29,470 nucleotides of DNA from a virus (lineage: Duplodnaviria > Caudoviricetes). The first letter of the stretch is position 1, and every line of letters begins with the position of its first letter. Below the pieces are notes generated by a model. That model was not told the origin of the DNA. It searched no databases and saw only the letters and a program-made list of their open reading frames with translations. The DNA lies in IMG/VR virus record IMGVR_UViG_3300030060_003306, positions 1 to 29,470 of that record, one strand, 5' to 3'. This document shows, in pieces, positions 25,563 to 29,470 of the stretch. Position numbers and translations under genes: made by a program.

Positions 25563-26157
25563 ATTTTAAACTCTTTAAATCTTGTTTTTCCTTAAATGGA
25601 TAACTTGTACTCCAAGCTTTTTTACCTTGTATGGAAAATTTCATATTATGTTTTTTAGCATATTCCTCTCTTAATTCTTCTGTTGCAAATGTTATAACAA
25701 TTTTAATATCTTTTTCACTTGCTTCAAACTCTGGCATTCCTACCCATTCAGAAAATTCATCTCCTTTATTTATCATCTCTATATTATCATCAGAATTTTG
25801 CCAAACATCTAAACCCCAATCATCCAAATCTGTAGTTTTCCATTCGTTGCCTAATATATCCCAATCCCAATCTCCAAAATTCACATTATCTTTTACAATA
25901 AATTCCTCTTTTTGTTTTTCTGTTAAATCCTCAATTTTATCTACATATACTTCTTTAAGACCTGCATCAATACAAGCTTTGTATCTCATATTGCCACCTA
26001 AAATAATATCGTTTTCATCTATTATAATTGGTCTAATTTTTAGCATTTGTGGAAATTCCTTAATACTCTTTACAAGTTTATCAAATTTATAATCCCTAAT
26101 CACTCTTGGGTTTTTAGGGTTGGTTTTTATTTTATTTATTTTAATTTTTTGTACCAT
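25555..26157 (-). CDS. ParB/Srx-like domain fused to a C-terminal WxGMPEF module
   Basis: NPKNPR, LVKSIKEF, RPII, ILGGNMRYKA, KDN..FGDWDWD.L...W; then EWVGMPEF...IVITF. Confidence 0.85.
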   Translation of the reverse strand: MVQKIKINKIKTNPKNPRVIRDYKFDKLVKSIKEFPQMLKIRPIIIDENDIILGGNMRYKACIDAGLKEVYVDKIEDLTEKQKEEFIVKDNVNFGDWDWDILGNEWKTTDLDDWGLDVWQNSDDNIEMINKGDEFSEWVGMPEFEASEKDIKIVITFATEELREEYAKKHNMKFSIQGKKAWSTSYPFKEKQDLKSLKYE

Positions 26158-26159
26158 AA

Positions 26160-26948
26160 TTAATCTTTTGTTATTGCTCTACCTAATAGCTGTTCCCAAC
26201 TTGTCTCTAACATAGATACATCTATACCTTTTTGTTTGGCTAAATATATTAATGCTTGTATGTCTTTTGGAAAACAACTTCCACCGTAACCAAATTTTCC
26301 ATCTGGACCCGGTACTGACCAATGCGATTGACCTATGCGTTCATCATAAGTAGCATATTCAATTACTTTGTCATAATCAATATTAATTGCTTCACATAAT
26401 TTTTGTATTTGGTTTGCATAAGATACCTTAACAGATAAAAAAGTATTCGTAATATACTTTACCATTTCTGCGTGTGTTGAATCTGTTTTTATAATATGTG
26501 CCCTTGGAAATATTTTAGCAAATAGTGGTTTAAGTTTAGTTGTTGTTGGTCTTTTTCCACCTAATATAATACGACTTTGATTTTCATAATCAGTAATTGC
26601 ATTTGCTTCGGTTAAAAACTCTGGATTAAAAACTATACTTAAATCTTTATATGTTTCATTCCATTTTTTAGTTGTACCTGGTACGACAGTTGATTTAATT
26701 ATTATAATATATTTACCAACTTTATTAAGTTTATGTAAAACATTCTCAACTATTTTTAAATTGCAACTACCATCTGTGTTCATTGGAGTTGGTAAACAAA
26801 CAAATATTATTTTGCTATTTTGTTGTAATTTATTAAATGTGGAATTGCATTTGTTTTTATCTAAATCGTATGTAAATACTTTTTCGTATCTCTTGAATTT
26901 TTGATAAACAGCGTTACCAACAAACCCTTGACCAATAATACCAATCAT
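26160..26948 (-). CDS. UDP-glucose/GDP-mannose dehydrogenase family protein (short, no C-terminal domain)
   Basis: GQGFVG, CLPTP, KSTVVPGT, NPEFL, AEMVKY and GYGGSCFPKD with the catalytic Cys. Confidence 0.9.
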   Translation of the reverse strand: MIGIIGQGFVGNAVYQKFKRYEKVFTYDLDKNKCNSTFNKLQQNSKIIFVCLPTPMNTDGSCNLKIVENVLHKLNKVGKYIIIIKSTVVPGTTKKWNETYKDLSIVFNPEFLTEANAITDYENQSRIILGGKRPTTTKLKPLFAKIFPRAHIIKTDSTHAEMVKYITNTFLSVKVSYANQIQKLCEAINIDYDKVIEYATYDERIGQSHWSVPGPDGKFGYGGSCFPKDIQALIYLAKQKGIDVSMLETSWEQLLGRAITKD

Positions 26949-26950
26949 TT

Positions 26951-27229
26951 TTATCTACCTATTGTTTGGTTAAAAATATATTCTAAAACTTGTAGTTCTG
27001 AAATGTTGGCTTCGTATCTTATTTTTAATAAATCTTTATCTTGTTCTCTGTAATTTTCCCAATTATCAAACAACTTTACTATCTCTACTAACTTTAATTT
27101 AAGAAAATAAATTTTAGCATCCAATTTATTTATTGACCTTTCCTTTAAATCAATCTTGGATAATCTTCTCGTCGTTATATTTCCATTCGTAACTTTTGGC
27201 AATGTTACGTAATCTTTCATATGTCTCAT
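26951..27229 (-). CDS. hypothetical protein (start uncertain)
   Basis: Fills the gap; the called start overlaps the upstream gene by 80 nt. Confidence 0.45.
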   Translation of the reverse strand: MRHMKDYVTLPKVTNGNITTRRLSKIDLKERSINKLDAKIYFLKLKLVEIVKLFDNWENYREQDKDLLKIRYEANISELQVLEYIFNQTIGR

Positions 27230-27680
27230 CGTATCGTTTTTGTGGTAACTCTTTTAATAAATCAATTAATGGGTGCTCTAATTTTTCTTTTAAATTTTTT
27301 AGTAAATCATCATATTTTTCTATGTCTTTCACTTTTTGTTTTAAGTGGTTTACTTGACTTTCCAAATAATAAATTTGGTCTATTTCATCATAGGTTAATT
27401 CACTTTTCCAAGTAAATACTTTTTCCCATCTTGCCAAATCTTTATTAGCTTGTTTATGGCTTGGGTATTTTTTTACACAGTGCATAACTGTTGCGTGGTG
27501 CATATCTTTTCCATTTTCTTTAAAAAATCTTGCAATATTTGTCCATCTCATATTTAGTTTTTTTCGTAATAAATAACATAATAGACTTCTAACATCTACC
27601 ACATTTTGTTTTCTCGAATTATCAAATAAATCTACTTTACTTAATTCTTGTAATTTTTCTGCAATTTCAATCGGTTTCAT
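27150..27680 (-). CDS. DnaA C-terminal/TrpR-like HTH protein with coiled coil
   Basis: SRKQNVVDVRSLLCYLLR...TNIARFF...HATVMH matches the DnaA domain IV pattern. Confidence 0.7.
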   Translation of the reverse strand: MKPIEIAEKLQELSKVDLFDNSRKQNVVDVRSLLCYLLRKKLNMRWTNIARFFKENGKDMHHATVMHCVKKYPSHKQANKDLARWEKVFTWKSELTYDEIDQIYYLESQVNHLKQKVKDIEKYDDLLKNLKEKLEHPLIDLLKELPQKRYDETYERLRNIAKSYEWKYNDEKIIQD

Positions 27681-28387
27681 TTAGTTCTTAATTTTAATAA
27701 GTTAAAACATTCAATATATCGTTCTCTTGCTTTTGACTTGTATGTATCTTTAAATAATTCGTACATTCTTTTTGTGTACTGATATTGTGTTTTGCAACCA
27801 TCCAAATATTTTTTGGCAAATACTCTACCTTTACCCTTAAAAAAATTTACATTATCTGCTTGGTCGCCAATAATCATCTGTTCGTAAAAATTGTACATAG
27901 CTGTACTTTCTGAAATATCATAAACTGTTTTATGTTTAAAATGATAGTTATATAATAAACAAGGGAATTGCTTATAATCTTTGTCAAGCGATACAATCAT
28001 AACATTGTCTCTACCAATTTCATCTGATAGTCGTTTCCAAAATCTTGCAACCATATCGTCTGTTTCCACTCCATAACCAGATACACTATCAAAATTTTCT
28101 TTTACGTACTTGTGCATTTCGTGTAATAATGGTGGCAACTCCCTTTGCTTCCTGTTTTGTTTATAATCCCTATTTAATATTTTTCTAAAATTACCCTTTG
28201 AACCATTAAAGGTAATTACTTGTTTTATGTCGTAACTCTCCTCAAGTGTGTTTACAATATCAAAAAACTGTTGCTCATATTTTGCGACTGAATCTTTTAT
28301 GTCTGTAAAATATTGTGGCTCTCCATCTTGATATTTAGCGTAACAACTTGCAAATATTAAACTGTCTGCGTCAACTAATAGTATCAT
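27677..28387 (-). CDS. 5'-3' exonuclease (T7 gp6/flap-endonuclease-like)
   Basis: VDAD, NFRK...YKQNR, ETDD, DKD and GDQADN motifs. Confidence 0.9.
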   Translation of the reverse strand: MILLVDADSLIFASCYAKYQDGEPQYFTDIKDSVAKYEQQFFDIVNTLEESYDIKQVITFNGSKGNFRKILNRDYKQNRKQRELPPLLHEMHKYVKENFDSVSGYGVETDDMVARFWKRLSDEIGRDNVMIVSLDKDYKQFPCLLYNYHFKHKTVYDISESTAMYNFYEQMIIGDQADNVNFFKGKGRVFAKKYLDGCKTQYQYTKRMYELFKDTYKSKARERYIECFNLLKLRTK

Positions 28388-28509
28388 TTTTTTGTTAAAA
28401 ATATTAAAAATATTGTTAATAATAAACCAATTATGCTAAAAAATGCCATTTTATTGTTTGTTTTTCTTTGTTTTGGACTTCGCCCTTGGTTACTTCTATA
28501 TTGTCTCAT
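28384..28509 (-). CDS. small tail-anchored membrane protein (41 aa); not in ORF track
   Basis: MRQYRSNQGRSPKQRKTNNKMAFFSIIGLLLTIFLIFLTKK*; ATGA overlaps at both ends. Confidence 0.7.
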   Translation of the reverse strand: MRQYRSNQGRSPKQRKTNNKMAFFSIIGLLLTIFLIFLTKK

Positions 28510-28880
28510 AATAAATCTTTTATTGGTAAAAGTATTCCTTGACTTGTATTATCATCCCCACCCTTAACATCTCGTTTAGTCCATAAATACGGTCTACAAA
28601 TATCTTTTAGTTTTTTAGTGGATATAAATATTAGCTTTTCGTTGCTTAATATAAATGCAAACCAATCTGCTTCCGTTGTTGTTATACCACTTGCTTTTCC
28701 TCTACTATAATATTCAATAAACAAATTACCTGTTTGCATAGCTTGATAATCCGTTTTGACTTCTACTTTTTTATTGTCTAAAATTTTTCCTAAATGTTTT
28801 TCGCCTAATTGTCCTAATTCTAAATCGTATCTAAAATCAGTATTATAGTTTTTTATTGCTTTGACTTTATAATTATCCAT
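28506..28880 (-). CDS. PD-(D/E)xK nuclease-like protein
   Basis: GQLGE, VEVKTD, TGNLFIEY and SGITTTEADW motifs. Confidence 0.65.
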   Translation of the reverse strand: MDNYKVKAIKNYNTDFRYDLELGQLGEKHLGKILDNKKVEVKTDYQAMQTGNLFIEYYSRGKASGITTTEADWFAFILSNEKLIFISTKKLKDICRPYLWTKRDVKGGDDNTSQGILLPIKDLL

Positions 28881-28974
28881 AATAAATAACCATTGCTAAC
28901 CAGTATAATGCAAATACTGTTGTTATAAATAAAAAGTCTCTAATTGCTATTAAAATTTGCTTTAAGTTTTTCAT
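28873..28974 (-). CDS. small membrane peptide (33 aa); not in ORF track
   Basis: MKNLKQILIAIRDFLFITTVFALYWLAMVIYYG*; bridges the gap and overlaps both neighbours. Confidence 0.55.
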   Translation of the reverse strand: MKNLKQILIAIRDFLFITTVFALYWLAMVIYYG

Positions 28975-29185
28975 CTTCGTATAGTTTTTCTGTGTTAATT
29001 TGATAAATTGGTCCATTAAGAACCACAGGTACCTCATCATCTAATGCAAGACAATGAACCACACCATCAATTTTTACTGGTACCGATATGTCTTTTGCCA
29101 TCATAAATAATAGTTGGCATTTTTCTATTGGTGTAGTTTCGTTATAAAATTTTACAATCTTTTTAAGCCTCATAGTTTTCGTCAT
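28940..29185 (-). CDS. hypothetical protein
   Basis: 81-aa ORF in the co-oriented gene array. Confidence 0.6.
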   Translation of the reverse strand: MTKTMRLKKIVKFYNETTPIEKCQLLFMMAKDISVPVKIDGVVHCLALDDEVPVVLNGPIYQINTEKLYEDEKLKANFNSN

Positions 29186-29426
29186 ATATTTTGTGTATTT
29201 GGTTTTCTATATCCTCTAAAACATAATCTGATAGCAAGGGAATAATATCATCATCTCCACCTGCTGTAACTTTATGTATATCAACTCGTGCAGGAGAGCC
29301 AGGGTAACCAGAACCATCTGGATAATAAGGTACTGCGTCCTCTCCAGCTGTATAGTCGTATTCCACTTCTAATAAAATACCCTCTACCTCTATGTCTGTG
29401 ATTGTGTAATAGTTTGTTTTGTTCAT
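29163..29426 (-). CDS. acidic hypothetical protein
   Basis: 87 aa with VEYDY..GE....YPDGSGYPG. Confidence 0.65.
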   Translation of the reverse strand: MNKTNYYTITDIEVEGILLEVEYDYTAGEDAVPYYPDGSGYPGSPARVDIHKVTAGGDDDIIPLLSDYVLEDIENQIHKIYDENYEA

Positions 29427-29470
29427 TATATAAAATCTTTGTATTTGTTTAAGTTTTCGTAAAATTTATC

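Noticed and set aside
27172-27180. CGTTATAT as a fifth late-promoter copy
   Set aside because: It is on the plus strand, inside coding sequence, and lacks the upstream element.
340-27415. All plus-strand ORFs in the track (e.g. 2900-3469, 6647-7024, 11316-11636, 25631-26092)
   Set aside because: They are antisense shadows of well-supported minus-strand genes and show no recognisable motifs.
28388-28505. AT-rich gap as a promoter or origin
   Set aside because: Fully occupied by a 41-aa ORF with ATGA overlaps at both ends.
1-29470. CRISPR array, tRNA/rRNA, integrase or transposase
   Set aside because: None recognised; intergenic gaps are short and explained by terminators, promoters or small ORFs.
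1-29470. Stop-codon reassignment
   Set aside because: Genes are full length under the standard bacterial code and use TAA, TGA and TAG as stops.

Overview
An AT-rich segment of a tailed dsDNA phage genome, probably a siphovirus of marine Bacteroidota (Flavobacteriaceae-like). Every real gene is on the minus strand. In transcription order (right to left) the window holds: small replication/nuclease genes (PD-(D/E)xK-like protein, 5'-3' exonuclease, DnaA-C-like HTH); a five-gene sugar-modification cluster (UDP-glucose dehydrogenase-like, ParB fusion, DxD/GT32 glycosyltransferase, TAGT/GREB1-like glycosyltransferase, NAD epimerase) coupled to terS/terL; a small accessory island with a pyrimidine-dimer glycosylase-like gene; tail genes; head genes (protease, scaffold, major capsid, tail tube-like, portal); a 1499-aa repeat tail fibre; and a lysis region (M15 endolysin, holin). 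The main signals not shown by the ORF track are a probable programmed -1 frameshift at a T10 run in the tail-chaperone gene, a four-copy bipartite late-promoter motif, apparent absence of GATC and CATG, a CCAG/CTGG-free distal tail fibre, and seven short translationally coupled ORFs. Protein calls come from motif recognition and synteny only; no database searches were run.
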